A DNA stretch of 64,000 nt from Bacillota bacterium (GTDB taxonomy: Bacteria; Bacillota; Clostridia; Peptostreptococcales; Anaerovoracaceae), in contig JAFRJI010000014.1 of the NCBI GenBank assembly GCA_017432345.1, positions 48,820 through 112,819 on the forward strand, written 5' to 3'. The notes beneath the pieces were generated by a model. That model did no database searches. It saw only the letters and a list, made by a program, of their open reading frames with translations, and had not been told where the DNA came from. Below, one piece after another: positions 29,178-37,750 of the stretch (position 1 is the first letter of the stretch; every line of letters begins with the position of its first letter). Both the position numbers and the translations under genes were made by a program.

Positions 29178-30530
29178 ATGGAAGAAAAGCCTGTAACCTT
29201 GATGAATTGGAAAGAGATTTATAAAGAAAGACTGACCACTGCGGAAGAAGCGGTCAAACTGATCAAGTCGCACGACCATGTGATCTTCGGGCATTGTATC
29301 TGCGAGCCGGAAGGACTGATCGATGCCATGGTCGCCAACCACGACGCCTACCGGGGCGTGCACATCACGCACATGGTTTCCCTGGGAAAAGGCGAATACA
29401 CCAACCCGAAATACAAAGATAATTTTACCTTTGACGGCATCTTCTTTGGAGCCGGAACAAGAAACAGCATCGCCCACGGCAACGGCGACGTTATTCCGGT
29501 CTACTTCTCAGAACTGCCGATCTGGATGCGGAGAGGCATCTTGAACTTTGATGTCTGCCTGGTCATGGTTTCCCCGCCGGATCAGTGGGGTTACTGCAAC
29601 CTCGGCGTAGAATCCGGATACACCTTCCAGGCCATGCGATCCGCAAAGACCGTTATTGCGCAGGTCAATTCCAATATGCCGTTTGCATATGGCGACACGC
29701 ACATTCACGTCAGCCAGCTGGATGCCATCGTCGAGATGGACATGCCGCTGATGGAATCCCAACCGCACCCGATCGGCGATGTTGAAAGAGCCATCGGCAA
29801 ATACTGCGCATCCCTGATTCAGGACGGATCCACACTGCAGCTCGGAATCGGCGCCATTCCGGACGCGGTTCTGGAGTCACTGAAGAATCACAAACATCTT
29901 GGCATCCACTCTGAGATGATCGCGGATGGCGTGCTGGATCTGGTCGAAGCCGGCGTCATCGACTGCTCCGAAAAGACATTGCACAAAGGCCAGATCGTCG
30001 TCACCTTCCTGATGGGAACGAAACGGCTGTACGATTTCGCGGACCACAACCCGATGCTGATGCTGCGTCCGGTCGACTACGTCAATGACCCGACGGTCAT
30101 CGCGAAGAACAACAAGATGGTTTCCATCAACTCCGCGCTGCAGGTCGACTTCATGGGACAGGTCGTCGCCGCTTCCATCGGAACGAAACAGTTCTCCGGC
30201 GTCGGCGGACAGGTCGACTTCGTCCGCGGCGCATCCCGTGCAGAGGACGGTCAAGGCATCTCGATCATCGCTATGCCATCCATTACCGTAAAACGTGACG
30301 GCACGGTCATTTCCAAGATCGTTCCGTATATCGATAACGGCGCGGCGGTCACCACGAACCGTTACGACGTCGACTACATCATCACCGAATACGGCATCGC
30401 CCGCATGAAGGGCAAAACCCTCCGTGAGCGCGCCCGCGCTTTGATCAGCATCGCCCACCCATCTGTCGTGGACGATCTGTCCAAGGCCTTCGAAGAAAGG
30501 TTCAATACTCCGTATGTTCCTACGGAATAG
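29178..30530 (+). CDS. Acetyl-CoA hydrolase/transferase family CoA-transferase (4-hydroxybutyrate CoA-transferase Cat2/AbfT-like)
   Basis: TLQLGIGAIP, GIHSEM catalytic Glu, SGVGGQVDF, VDYIITEYG. Confidence 0.9.
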   Translation: MEEKPVTLMNWKEIYKERLTTAEEAVKLIKSHDHVIFGHCICEPEGLIDAMVANHDAYRGVHITHMVSLGKGEYTNPKYKDNFTFDGIFFGAGTRNSIAHGNGDVIPVYFSELPIWMRRGILNFDVCLVMVSPPDQWGYCNLGVESGYTFQAMRSAKTVIAQVNSNMPFAYGDTHIHVSQLDAIVEMDMPLMESQPHPIGDVERAIGKYCASLIQDGSTLQLGIGAIPDAVLESLKNHKHLGIHSEMIADGVLDLVEAGVIDCSEKTLHKGQIVVTFLMGTKRLYDFADHNPMLMLRPVDYVNDPTVIAKNNKMVSINSALQVDFMGQVVAASIGTKQFSGVGGQVDFVRGASRAEDGQGISIIAMPSITVKRDGTVISKIVPYIDNGAAVTTNRYDVDYIITEYGIARMKGKTLRERARALISIAHPSVVDDLSKAFEERFNTPYVPTE

Positions 30531-30535
30531 CTTTA

Positions 30536-30587
30536 CAAAAAGAACGGCCGGCGGCTCCGGGTTTCCGGGGCCGTCGGTCGTTTTTTG
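30536..30587. terminator. Long GC-rich terminator after CoA-transferase
   Basis: AACGGCCGGCGGCTCCGG-GTTT-CCGGGGCCGTCGGTCGTT-TTTT; second hairpin at 30603-30630. Confidence 0.8.
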
Positions 30588-30628
30588 CACTTCAAAGACG
30601 ACAACAGCTGGGACTGACCCAGCTGTTT

Positions 30629-31189
30629 TTATGTTGCAATTTGATAAATCGAGATTCCGGCCATATACGCCGCGAACAGGATCAGTGGCGCCATGCCGGC
30701 ATAGAAAGCCTTCATCGGCTCAAGATTGTAATACTGCAGATAGCAGATCATGCCTGCCGCCGCCACGATCACGGCTATGATCGCCAAAACCAGCGCGGCG
30801 GTGAACGACCAACACCCTCCTCCGTACATCGTGCGGATGATGCAAAGTTCCATGCCGATCCAGAAGACGATCAGCAAAAGCTCCGTCGTCACCTGCCTGT
30901 GCATGAGAAGGTTCGTCGCGAGCAGCAGCACAATATAGAGCGCCGCGCACGCGCCAATGATGGCCACGTTGCTGACGGCGCTGTCAACGATCTGTTTGGC
31001 TCCGTTGCACCCGGAGACGATGAACCCGAGGCCCGCGATTCCGAACATTGCAGTCAACGCGAACGGAATGAGTTTCGCGAGCATCGGTGCGGAATAACCC
31101 GGCCGGAACGCCACGCACCACCAGACCAGATAGGCCATGCAGCAGGCGACGAACAGCCACTGTCCCAGTAAAATTGTTCTATCCCACAT
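30629..31189 (-). CDS. Hypothetical integral membrane protein (about 6 TM)
   Basis: Hydrophobic ORF with AGGAG SD, 34 bp downstream of the aspartokinase homologue. Confidence 0.75.
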   Translation of the reverse strand: MWDRTILLGQWLFVACCMAYLVWWCVAFRPGYSAPMLAKLIPFALTAMFGIAGLGFIVSGCNGAKQIVDSAVSNVAIIGACAALYIVLLLATNLLMHRQVTTELLLIVFWIGMELCIIRTMYGGGCWSFTAALVLAIIAVIVAAAGMICYLQYYNLEPMKAFYAGMAPLILFAAYMAGISIYQIAT

Positions 31190-31223
31190 ACTGTTCTTAA
31201 AACTCCTGTTAGCCTGGAGTCAA

Positions 31224-32423
31224 CTATAACCGGAACGCTTCGGCCAGTGCAACGACGGCCTTGGCTTTGTTCTCTTTGTCGATGGTGGTTGAGATCGAGA
31301 TCTCTGAGGTGGTGATGTTGTAGTGCGGGATCCCCGCCTCTGCCAACGTCGCGAATGTCTTCCCCGCCACACCGACGTGAGCCGCCATGCCGACACCGAC
31401 CAATGAGATCATGCAGATATCATCCATCTTGGCCGTTTCCAGTGTATTGAACCGCGCATTGATCGCCAGCGCTTCGTCGATCCGTTCGATGTCCGGCCGG
31501 TCGCAGCTGAACGAAACGACGCAGGTATCGCCCTGATATGGCTGCTGGGAAATAACATTCAGATTGACCTTCAGCTCTCCAAGGAGCTCGAACAGTTCCG
31601 CGATCTCCTCGCCTTGATTCGGAATCCCCTTGATGGTATATATCACAACGTCATCAAACGTGCTGATGCCGCTGACAGCTGTCTCTTCCACAATGATGCT
31701 TCTGTCCACGATGTATGTTCCTACTGTTTTCTCTTCAAAGGCCGGTCCGACATAGAGCTTTACGTCCAGCATCTGCGCCAGTTCAATAGCTTCCGCTTCA
31801 AGGTCGCCATCTCCCAGCATCGTCAGTTCCATCGCTTCCTCATAGCTGATCTTATCGAATTTTTTTCGGTCTTCGGACACCCTCGGATCTTTGACATAAA
31901 CGCGGTTGGTATTGCCGTAGAGTTCGCAGTCGCATTCCAGTGCCCCGGCAATGGCCACAGCGGTCGCTGCTGCTCCGTACCGTCCGAGCCGGTCGCTCAT
32001 TTCGAACTCGCCGATTCCCTGGAATCCTGCGATGACCGGAACAAGTCCTTCACCGAGCGCCTTTTCGACCTTCGTCAAAACGAGTTCGTGTTTGCCGCTT
32101 TCCATTTCCAAAGGCGTCAGCGAGTGTCCGCGTATATCGCTGATCACTTTCGCCGGAACACCTCTCTGTTCCAGCGCGCTGGCCATCAGTGCCGCGGTCT
32201 GATATTCGCTGGCCGAGAACAGCGCATCCAGTTCTGATTCTCTGATTCCTTCCTTGTACTCTTCTGCCCGTTCCATCATCTCCCGGGCGATTTCATGCAT
32301 GGCCGCTACGACGAGAATCAGTTCGCCCAGATCACCACGGTTCTCCGCAATATAGTCCGCGATTTTCTTCAGGTCATCGTTGTTTCTGAGATAACGTCCA
32401 CCGTACTTTTGTACGAGATACAT
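31224..32423 (-). CDS. Aspartokinase (LysC-type) homologue with two ACT domains; catalytic motifs degenerate
   Basis: VQKYGG, AGFQG, DPR, ISYEE, SLVGVGM, TSEISIS align with LysC over full length. Confidence 0.85.
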   Translation of the reverse strand: MYLVQKYGGRYLRNNDDLKKIADYIAENRGDLGELILVVAAMHEIAREMMERAEEYKEGIRESELDALFSASEYQTAALMASALEQRGVPAKVISDIRGHSLTPLEMESGKHELVLTKVEKALGEGLVPVIAGFQGIGEFEMSDRLGRYGAAATAVAIAGALECDCELYGNTNRVYVKDPRVSEDRKKFDKISYEEAMELTMLGDGDLEAEAIELAQMLDVKLYVGPAFEEKTVGTYIVDRSIIVEETAVSGISTFDDVVIYTIKGIPNQGEEIAELFELLGELKVNLNVISQQPYQGDTCVVSFSCDRPDIERIDEALAINARFNTLETAKMDDICMISLVGVGMAAHVGVAGKTFATLAEAGIPHYNITTSEISISTTIDKENKAKAVVALAEAFRL

Positions 32424-32452
32424 CGTTCCATTCCTCCTGCTCTGTTATTATG

Positions 32453-32480
32453 AAAAAATCCGTGCCATTGCACAGATCCA
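32453..32480 (-). terminator. Riboswitch expression-platform terminator
   Basis: GGATCTGTGC-AATG-GCACGGATTT-TTT between aptamer and start codon. Confidence 0.75.
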
Positions 32481-32511
32481 AAAAACAATACAAAAAACAC
32501 ATTGAATTTCG

Positions 32512-32662
32512 GATAGCGCAACTACTAACGTAGACAGTCCTGCAGCTATTGACTGCAGACCCACCAGGATCCCGCGCCCGGAAAACTGATTCGGCGGAGA
32601 TTGCCTAAGATGCGATCACTGCCCGCCGGCTCCCGCATCGTCTTCTGCTCCGCGCCTCTATC
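32512..32662 (-). ncRNA. Lysine riboswitch (L-box)
   Basis: Minus strand GATAGAGGCGC...GCCGAA...TGGGTCTGCAG-TCAATAG-CTGCAGGACTGTC...GCGCTATC; P1 GATAG/CTATC; upstream of an aspartokinase homologue. Confidence 0.9.
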
Positions 32663-32671
32663 ACATGAGTA

Positions 32672-32700
32672 ATTCTAACAATAACAATGCTAAAAATCAA
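32672..32700 (-). promoter_or_regulatory. SigA promoter driving the riboswitch leader
   Basis: TTGATT-17 bp-TAGAAT with TG extension. Confidence 0.65.
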
Positions 32701-32773
32701 GGGTGCTTCTGTGATATAATGAAATAAAGTACTGCGAAATGAAAAATACGATCCAAAGAATTGAGGCCTTGGA

Positions 32774-33259
32774 ATGAAAATAAAGAAAACGAACGTGATG
32801 CGCCTGCTCGATCAGGCGAAAATCGAATACACCGCCCACACCTATGCGGATACCGAAGCGATCAGCGGCGTGGAGGTCGCGGATGTACTGGGACAGGATC
32901 CGGTGCGGGTGTTCAAAACGCTGGTCACGGTCGGCGCCGGCAAGGCGCCGGAGCACTACGTGTTCATGCTGCCGGTCGCGGAAGAACTGGATCTGAAAAA
33001 GGCGGCCGCTGCCGTCGGGGAAAAGAGCATCCAGATGATCAAATCCAAGGAACTGCTTCCCCTGACCGGCTACATCCACGGCGGCTGCTCCCCGATCGGG
33101 ATGAAGAAACAGTTCCCGACGACGATCCATATGACGGCCGCGGACGAAGAACTTTGCCCGACGATTTTCTTCAGCGCCGGCAAGATCGGATACCAGATCG
33201 AATGCGCGCCGCAGGACCTCGCGAAGGTGATTCCGTTGCGCTTCGCGGAAATCGTATAG
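32774..33259 (+). CDS. ybaK: Cys-tRNA(Pro) deacylase
   Basis: KTNVMRLLD, VFKTLV, TGYIHGGCSPIG, SAGKIG. Confidence 0.93.
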   Translation: MKIKKTNVMRLLDQAKIEYTAHTYADTEAISGVEVADVLGQDPVRVFKTLVTVGAGKAPEHYVFMLPVAEELDLKKAAAAVGEKSIQMIKSKELLPLTGYIHGGCSPIGMKKQFPTTIHMTAADEELCPTIFFSAGKIGYQIECAPQDLAKVIPLRFAEIV

Positions 33260-33261
33260 CA

Positions 33262-33285
33262 AGATTGTTACAATCTTGTCAATCT
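33262..33285. promoter_or_regulatory. Rex-like palindromic operator upstream of hydrogenase operon
   Basis: AGA-TTGTTACAATCTTGTCAA-TCT (11/14 to TTGTTAA-N4-TTAACAA); second partial site at 33417-33434. Confidence 0.4.
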
Positions 33286-33432
33286 GAAACCAGTACCATT
33301 TCGAAAAAAATTCACTTGTTTGCCGACTTTCAAAAAAAGGCCTTTTGCATACATAATACACCCCTAAAAATGGTTGACGTTCCCCCTATTTATAAGGTAC
33401 TATCGCCGTGTGGCGATAAATAATATTTTAAC

Positions 33433-33463
33433 AAGCTCCGCACATCTGCGGAGCTTCTTTTTT
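33433..33463 (+). terminator. Terminator-like hairpin within the hydC leader
   Basis: AAGCTCCGCA-CATC-TGCGGAGCTT-CTTTTTT directly before the AAAGGAG SD. Confidence 0.6.
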
Positions 33464-33486
33464 CAAGAAAGGAGACATGCACAGAC

Positions 33487-34041
33487 ATGGCAAATGAATG
33501 CAACGTAAAAAATGAAAGCTGCATCAAGCCGGATGACCCTCGCTTCAAAGAACTGAAAGCGTACATCGATTCAGTTCGCGATCAGCAGGGAATCAGCATC
33601 ATGGTGCTGCAGGAGGCGCAGAGACTATTCGGTTATGTTCCTCTCGAAGTCCAGAAGTGGATTTCGCTTGAACTGTGGGATTATTCCGTCGGCGAACTGT
33701 ATGGAATCACCACGTTCTACAGCCAGTTCAATCTGACGAAACAGGGCAAGCACAAGATCTCAGTCTGCCTGGGAACCGCCTGCTACGTCAAGGGCGCGCA
33801 GGCGATCGTCGAAGCGCTGGAACAGTATCTGAACATCGAAGTCGGCGGCATCAGTGAAGACGAAATGTTCTCGCTCGAAGCGACCAGATGCCTGGGATGC
33901 TGCTCATTGGCGCCGGTCATGATGATCGACGACGATGTGTACGCCAAGCTGTACGACACGAAACAGATTCCTGAGATCCTCTCCAAGTACTATCTGGAAT
34001 CGGAGCTTGAGGATGAAATGGAAAGTGAGGTGGGCGCGTAA
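33487..34041 (+). CDS. hydC: [FeFe]-hydrogenase subunit HydC (NuoE-like 2Fe-2S)
   Basis: CLGTACYVKG and CLGCCSLAP motifs. Confidence 0.92.
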   Translation: MANECNVKNESCIKPDDPRFKELKAYIDSVRDQQGISIMVLQEAQRLFGYVPLEVQKWISLELWDYSVGELYGITTFYSQFNLTKQGKHKISVCLGTACYVKGAQAIVEALEQYLNIEVGGISEDEMFSLEATRCLGCCSLAPVMMIDDDVYAKLYDTKQIPEILSKYYLESELEDEMESEVGA

Positions 34042-35891
34042 TGGCAAAGAATACCACTACCCTGGAAACACTGCAAACCATCAAGGACGGCGTTCTTGCT
34101 GAGCAGGCGAAAGAGGATAATATCCGCATCCTGGTCGGTATGGGAACTTGCGGTATCTCTGCAGGTGCCAGAGAAGTCATGGCTGCCCTGAAGGCAGAGC
34201 TGGCCCAGAAGCCGGACGTCGACAACGTCCAGATCATTCCTTGCGGCTGCGCCGGCATGTGTACTTACGAGCCGATCGTAGAGGTCCTCGAACCTGGCAA
34301 GAAAAGAGTAACTTATGTGCATGTTACACCGGATACCGCTTCTGAAATCATGTACAAGCATATTTTCGGCGGCGACCCGGTCGTAAAATATACCATCAAC
34401 GGAGAGTTCAAAACCCTCAGCGAGCAGAACTTCTACACGAAGCAGAAGCGTGTCGTTCTGAAGAACTGCGGTGAGATCAATCCGGAAGACATCAACGAAT
34501 ACATCTCCAGAGACGGCTACCAGGGCCTCGCGAAGGCACTGCTGGAAATGACCCCGGAAGAAGTCATCGACGTGATGAAAGAATCCGGACTCAGAGGCCG
34601 TGGCGGCGGCGGATTCCCGACCGGCGTAAAGTGGAGCTTCGCGGCACCGAATAAAGCGGACCAGAAGTACATCATCTGCAACGCTGACGAAGGTGACCCG
34701 GGCGCGTTCATGGACCGTTCCGTCCTCGAAGGCGACCCACACGCGATCCTGGAAGCGATGGCGATCGGCGGCTATGCGATCGGCGCGACCAAGGGCTTCA
34801 TCTATGTCCGTGCGGAATACCCGGTGGCTGTACAAAGGCTTCAGACAGCCATCCATCAGGCCCGGGAAATGGGTCTGCTGGGCAAAAACGTTCTGGGATC
34901 GAAATTCGATTTTGATATCGACATCCGTCTCGGCGCCGGCGCATTTGTATGCGGCGAAGAAACGGCATTGATCGCTTCCATCGAAGGTAAGCGAGGCATG
35001 TCGAGAAATAAGCCTCCATTCCCTGCCAACCACGGGCTGTGGGGCAAACCGACCTGCATCAACAACGTTGAGACGCTGGCGAACGTACCGCAGATCATTC
35101 TGAACGGCGCGGATTGGTTCCGTGGTTTCGGTACTGCCAAGTCCCCTGGAACGAAGGTCTTTGCACTTGGCGGCAAGATCAACCAGACTGGTCTCGTCGA
35201 AGTCCCGATGGGTATCACCCTGCGGGAAGTCATCTATGATATCGGCGAAGGCATCCCTAACGGTAAGAAGTTCAAGGCAGTTCAGACCGGCGGTCCGTCC
35301 GGCGGCTGCATCACCGAAGAAAACCTGGAGATCCCGATCGACTTCGATAATCTGGTAGCAATCGGCTCCATGATGGGATCCGGCGGAATGATCGTTATGG
35401 ATGAAGACAACTGTATGGTCGACATCGCCCGCTTCTTCCTCGACTTTACCGTCGACGAGTCCTGCGGAAAATGCGTACCGTGCCGTGAAGGAACGAAACG
35501 TCTGCACGAGATCCTTGACCGGATCACCAGCGGAGAAGGCGAAGAGGCAGACCTGCAGATGCTGCAGGATCTGGCAGAGAACATCAAGCTGACATCCCTG
35601 TGCGGACTTGGTCAGACAGCGCCTAACCCGGTACTGTCCACACTGAAGCATTTCCACGACGAATACGAAGCACACGTTATTGATAAGAAGTGCCCTGCCC
35701 TCGTCTGCAAGCCGCTCCTGACCTTCGAGATCAAGGACGACTGCCGCGGATGTACGCTTTGCTCACGTATGTGTCCTGTGCGTGCGATCTCCGGTGAGAC
35801 GAAGCAGCAGCATGTGATCGATCAGACCAAGTGTACGAAGTGCGGCACCTGCCTCACGGTATGCAAGTTCGGCTCGATCGTAAAATATTAA
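34041..35891 (+). CDS. hydB: [FeFe]-hydrogenase flavin subunit HydB (NuoF-like)
   Basis: GLRGRGGGGFPTG, CNADEGDPG, ESCGKCVPCREG, C-terminal 2x[4Fe-4S]. Confidence 0.94.
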   Translation: MAKNTTTLETLQTIKDGVLAEQAKEDNIRILVGMGTCGISAGAREVMAALKAELAQKPDVDNVQIIPCGCAGMCTYEPIVEVLEPGKKRVTYVHVTPDTASEIMYKHIFGGDPVVKYTINGEFKTLSEQNFYTKQKRVVLKNCGEINPEDINEYISRDGYQGLAKALLEMTPEEVIDVMKESGLRGRGGGGFPTGVKWSFAAPNKADQKYIICNADEGDPGAFMDRSVLEGDPHAILEAMAIGGYAIGATKGFIYVRAEYPVAVQRLQTAIHQAREMGLLGKNVLGSKFDFDIDIRLGAGAFVCGEETALIASIEGKRGMSRNKPPFPANHGLWGKPTCINNVETLANVPQIILNGADWFRGFGTAKSPGTKVFALGGKINQTGLVEVPMGITLREVIYDIGEGIPNGKKFKAVQTGGPSGGCITEENLEIPIDFDNLVAIGSMMGSGGMIVMDEDNCMVDIARFFLDFTVDESCGKCVPCREGTKRLHEILDRITSGEGEEADLQMLQDLAENIKLTSLCGLGQTAPNPVLSTLKHFHDEYEAHVIDKKCPALVCKPLLTFEIKDDCRGCTLCSRMCPVRAISGETKQQHVIDQTKCTKCGTCLTVCKFGSIVKY

Positions 35892-35906
35892 GAAAGGAGT
35901 GTTAAC

Positions 35907-37700
35907 ATGGCTGTTAAAAAAGTAAATGTAACCATTAATGGCATAGAAGTTCAGGTCCCTGAAGATTACACCGTACTGCTTGCCGCCAGAGAAGCCGGGA
36001 TTGACATTCCTACTCTCTGCTATCTGAAAGATATCAACGAAGTTGCCGCCTGCAGGCTTTGCGTATGCGAAGCGGAAGTGAACGGCAGACCGATGAGAAA
36101 CCTGCCGACCGCCTGCGTCCTCAAGGTCGAGGACGGCATGGTCGTCCGGACAGATACCGAAAGAGTCCGTAAAGCGGTCAAGATGAATCTGGAACTGCTG
36201 CTGGCGAACCACAACAGAGAATGCCTCTCCTGTGACAGAAACCAGACCTGCGAACTGCAGAAGCTCTGTCACGAAATGGGTGTCGAATCAACGCGGTTCG
36301 AAGGTGAAATGAGGTCGCTTTGCTACGACGATCTTTCCCCATCCATCGTGCGTGACTCTTCCAAGTGCGTTCTCTGCGGCAGATGCGTCAGCGCCTGCGA
36401 CAAGCTGCAGAACATCGCCGTTCTGGAGTTCGTCAACCGCGGCGTCAACACGAAGGTCGCTCCGGGATTCGGCTACAGCATCCGTGACACCGACTGCATC
36501 TACTGCGGTCAGTGCATCAACATGTGTCCGGTCGCTGCCATCAAGGAAAAGACCCATATTCCACAGGTATGGGCCGCCATCCAGGACCCGAAAAAACACG
36601 TCGTCGTTCAGACTGCTCCGGCTGTCCGTGCTGCGCTCGGCGAAGAATTCGGCGTCAAGATGGGCAAGGCCGTTACCGGCAAGATGGTCTCCGCTCTGAA
36701 GAGACTTGGATTCGACAAGGTGTTCGATACCAACTTCTCAGCTGACCTGACCATCATGGAAGAAGGATATGACTTCATCAACCGCGTGAAGAACAACGGA
36801 ACGCTGCCGATGATCACATCCTGTTCCCCGGGCTGGATCCGTTACTGCGAAGAGTTCTATCCGGAGTTCATCCCGAATCTGTCCACCTGCAAGTCGCCAC
36901 AGCAGATGTTCGGTGCCGTCGCCAAATCCTATTATGCGAAGAAGGCCGGCATCAAACCGAAGGATATCGTATGCGTCTCCATTATGCCGTGTACCGCGAA
37001 GAAAGCGGAATGCGCGCGTCCTGAAATGCAGGTCGATGGACACCGGGATGTCGATTACGTCCTGACCACAAGAGAACTGGCGAGAATGATCCGCGAAGCC
37101 AGAATCATCTTCGATAAACTTCCGGAATCCGATCCGGATCCGATCCTCGGTGAAGGCTCCGGTGCCGGCGTCATCTTCGGCGCGACCGGCGGTGTTATGG
37201 AAGCGGCGCTCAGAACCGTTGCGGACGTACTGACCGGCAAAGATCTCAAGGATATCGACTACAAGGCGATCCGTGGTATCGAGAACTTCAAGCAGGCTTC
37301 CGTCAAGCTGCCGATCGGCGGAAAGAACGTGGAAGTCAAGGTCGGCGTTGTCAGCAGCATCAGAGCTGCGGAACAGGTGCTCAACCAGATCGAAGAAGGC
37401 AAGCTGGATCTCCACTTCCTGGAAGTCATGGCCTGCCCTGGCGGATGCGTTCACGGCGGTGGACAGCCGCACGTTTCAGCGAAGGATAGAATCGATCAGG
37501 AAGTTCGCTCCGAACGTGCTAAGGTTCTGTACAGCGAAGACAAGCGGCTGCCGCATAGAAAGTCCCATGAGAATGAAGAGATCAAGGCGCTTTACGAAGA
37601 ATACTTCAAGGAGCCGAACAGCCCGATCTCACACAAATACCTGCACACGAAGTATGCAGAGCATTTCATCTACATGCCGGACGTTACCGATCGAGTATAA
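35907..37700 (+). CDS. hydA: [FeFe]-hydrogenase catalytic subunit HydA (group A3, electron-bifurcating type)
   Basis: H-cluster motifs TSCSPGW, MPCTAKKAE, EVMACPGGCVHGGGQP; N-terminal FeS domains. Confidence 0.95.
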   Translation: MAVKKVNVTINGIEVQVPEDYTVLLAAREAGIDIPTLCYLKDINEVAACRLCVCEAEVNGRPMRNLPTACVLKVEDGMVVRTDTERVRKAVKMNLELLLANHNRECLSCDRNQTCELQKLCHEMGVESTRFEGEMRSLCYDDLSPSIVRDSSKCVLCGRCVSACDKLQNIAVLEFVNRGVNTKVAPGFGYSIRDTDCIYCGQCINMCPVAAIKEKTHIPQVWAAIQDPKKHVVVQTAPAVRAALGEEFGVKMGKAVTGKMVSALKRLGFDKVFDTNFSADLTIMEEGYDFINRVKNNGTLPMITSCSPGWIRYCEEFYPEFIPNLSTCKSPQQMFGAVAKSYYAKKAGIKPKDIVCVSIMPCTAKKAECARPEMQVDGHRDVDYVLTTRELARMIREARIIFDKLPESDPDPILGEGSGAGVIFGATGGVMEAALRTVADVLTGKDLKDIDYKAIRGIENFKQASVKLPIGGKNVEVKVGVVSSIRAAEQVLNQIEEGKLDLHFLEVMACPGGCVHGGGQPHVSAKDRIDQEVRSERAKVLYSEDKRLPHRKSHENEEIKALYEEYFKEPNSPISHKYLHTKYAEHFIYMPDVTDRV

Positions 37701-37718
37701 CGGTACGATTACAGAATC

Positions 37719-37750
37719 AAAGAGAGGACCTTTTACAGGTCCTCTCTTTT
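37719..37750. terminator. Bidirectional terminator hydA/CPBP
   Basis: AAAGAGAGGACCT-TTTAC-AGGTCCTCTCTTT. Confidence 0.8.

Noticed and set aside
32739-32777. 12-codon uORF overlapping the ybaK start
   Set aside because: ybaK has its own GAGG SD and the uORF has no SD or telling codon content; likely chance
33990-35675. 561-aa minus-strand ORF
   Set aside because: Antisense shadow of hydB
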